The notes under the pieces are model-generated. The model was given only the letters and a program-made list of their open reading frames with translations. It ran no database searches and was not told the origin of the DNA. The position numbers and the translations under genes were made by a program. From an uncultured virus (IMG/VR IMGVR_UViG_3300037455_000492) (taxonomy: Duplodnaviria > Heunggongvirae > Uroviricota > Caudoviricetes): a stretch of 64,000 nt of DNA. This document shows, in pieces, positions 61,901 to 64,000 of the stretch. Where the stretch lies: the IMG/VR virus record IMGVR_UViG_3300037455_000492. One strand, 5' to 3'. Positions within the stretch are counted from its first letter, which is position 1. Every line of letters begins with the position of its first letter.

Positions 61901-64000
61901 ACACAAAACAATAGGTATGGTAAGAAAGGCAATCATAACAGACGGCAACTATGTCAAAATGGCGGTTGACTGCTACAACCTTGACGATGACGGCACATTC
62001 GGACACATCGGAAAGATGTACAAATTTGAGAACGTCAAGGCTACCATCAAGCAGGACTGCTATGACGAGGCTGACCTCCACTATTTCAGAAAGAACCCGA
62101 AAAAATTGGAGAAGGGAACGGAAGTGACAATCAATGTATATTGGATTAACTTCTACGGCTCTTATTACAGAATCACACACGAGGGTAAGACATACGACAT
62201 CAAACGGGACAACGTATTGTTCAACATTAAAAAGAACTGATATGACAGTAGAGGAAAAGAAACTTTTGGTGGTTGACCTGCTCGCGAGAATGCCATACGG
62301 TGTGTATGTGGAACACGAGAGCAGCGGTTTTGTGGGCGTGGCGCACAACATATCCGTATATCCGAAATACGGTGGCGAGGACGACACCATAACCGACTAT
62401 GTATGCACAATCGACTTTTTCGGAGACCTCGGATGGCTTCCGATAGAAAACTTCAGACCGATGCTTCGACCTATGTCGAGTATGAGCGATGAAGAGAAAA
62501 TGAAATACGTCACACTCACGCACTACAACACTGACGAAAACGGAAACCCGTTCAGAGAACTCACATTGGAAGCCTTGGATTGGCTCAACGCCAATCACTT
62601 CGATTACCGTGGGCTTATCGAAAAAGGTCTTGCAACAGTGAACGGACTGTACGAGCCGCTTGCAACGGAAAAATAATCACCAACATCAAACAAACACATA
62701 TTATGACAAACGAGGAAAAGGAACTTCTGCTAAAAGACTTGTTCGCAAGAATGCCATACGGAGTGGTTGTGCGGATATTGCCAAGCAATGAAGAGGAGAC
62801 ACTCTATTCGGCAAGACTGAATGGAGGTAAATGGCTGTTTAACGACTGCTACTACCTTGAAGAGATAAAGCCCTGCCTGCGCAGAACGAGGAATATGACT
62901 GACAAAGAATTGGCTGACGCGACAAAATATATGTTCAACACTGACAAAGTGGTGTACACATCAAACGGCAATCAAGGTATGGGGTTTTATGGCGAGATGC
63001 CCAACGGACACAAACTTCGGCTTGACGAAATTATGTTCAAACTCGGATGCTGCGGCATAAAGAACACGGATTGGTTAAATATCCATCACTTCGACTACCG
63101 CGACCTCATCAACAAAGGGCTTGCCTTGGAGGTGGATGCCAAATTTTACGCAGAGCCAACGGCTGACGTTCAATAGCCGTATACCCTAAATATACGATTG
63201 GATAATATGGAAAACAAAAAAGACATAAGCAAGATAGTGTTGGCGCATCGTAAAAAAGGAAGCGATTTCGCCAATGGATTTCAGATTTACAAGCAAACCG
63301 ACATACGCGGTGATGAAAAGGTGTTCAAATTCGGTGACATCTATGTTTTGCTCGAATCCGAATTCGACTTGATATTCAGCCTCGGCGATTTGAAACTTGA
63401 TTGGGTGGATTTCAAGCAGCCGTATGTCCCTACGTTTTGGGAAAAGGTGCGCAAAAAACTTTTCAACAAACCGTATCAAGAGTTCGTTGTGAACCGCCCG
63501 CGCAACGGAAGCATTGTAATCGTTGACTACGGCAATTGGTACGAAACCGTTGAATTCAGTTACAGCAAAAACCACACCCCTATGTGGGTCACAGCCCTAT
63601 ACACGGGCATCAACCCGACACGATGGTCATACATACCGAATTGGATATTCGAGTCAGCAGCCATACTAAAATCAAAACCAAATATATAACGCATATATGA
63701 ACAAGAAAGACAAAGACCTTCTTTTGAGCGACTTGTGCGGGCGGCTTCCATACGAGGTTATTCTTGAAGTGTCATTTGACACGGAGGATTCCAATGAATC
63801 GCAGAACCCGTATCCTATGGTGAGTCTGTCCGCTGACGGTGTTGTCATCGAAACGGACTATCACAGATACAACATTCCGATAGAGAAAGTCAAACCGTAC
63901 CTGCGCCCTATGGAGGATATGACGGGGGATGAAATGAAATATGTGAATGAAACGTTCTTCAAGAAATCCGACCACTTTATGATTGACGATTGCGGGGAGA
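58968..64000 (+). repeat. Dispersed paralog family (58968-59627, 60366-60818, 62242-62676, 62703-63176, 63697->64000)
   Basis: Shared LL..DL.AR.PY.V, P.LRP.S.M and DWLN..HFDYRGLI.KGLA blocks. Confidence 0.85.
61017..61343 (+). CDS. Possible MazG-like helical protein
   Basis: EMRKRLVQNAALSIA resembles the MazG-like EL.Q.AA motif; weak. Confidence 0.35.
   Translation: MEIDCKEEKQIAEAIVAARKMQEFLWGEYNGQWNIEEWRRMFRKRIQKIDDIDPANPHAKVEMRKRLVQNAALSIALLRIIDEEGIPTKDCDIPSNLPQYSQPLTHKI

Noticed and set aside
1..64000. Stop-codon reassignment as in Lak-type phages
   Set aside because: Conserved genes are full length in the standard code, and TAG and TGA end genes at the expected positions (e.g. 11223, 23388, 7438)

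Overview
A 64-kb fragment of a large, T4-like (jumbo) phage, most likely infecting Bacteroidales. It has Bacteroidetes-type TAnnTTTG promoters, T4-type TATAAATA late promoters, and gp13, gp44, UvsW, sliding-clamp-like, GroES, NrdD, DNA ligase, CCA-adding and Thg1 genes, all read in the standard genetic code. The left end is a tail-fibre region with a complete diversity-generating retroelement: target gene with VR, hairpin, Avd, TR and RT, with 15 of 15 TR/VR mismatches at TR adenines. An array of five beta-class DNA methyltransferases follows, all ending in K-x-L-F. The most unusual signal is a family of four non-autonomous cassettes bounded by the same ~25-bp terminal inverted repeat (CGGAATTATCCCTTTTAGTCTTGTA). 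Three have perfect 8-bp target-site duplications, each carries a different cargo gene, and one carries an intact TnpB lacking IS200/IS605-type ends. Also seen: late-expressed proteins with a T4-like capsid-targeting peptide, a tRNA-shaped RNA with an 86-nt insert in place of the anticodon loop, an Acb1-like 2H phosphoesterase, and several paralog expansions. Functional calls come from motif recognition by eye; no searches were run.
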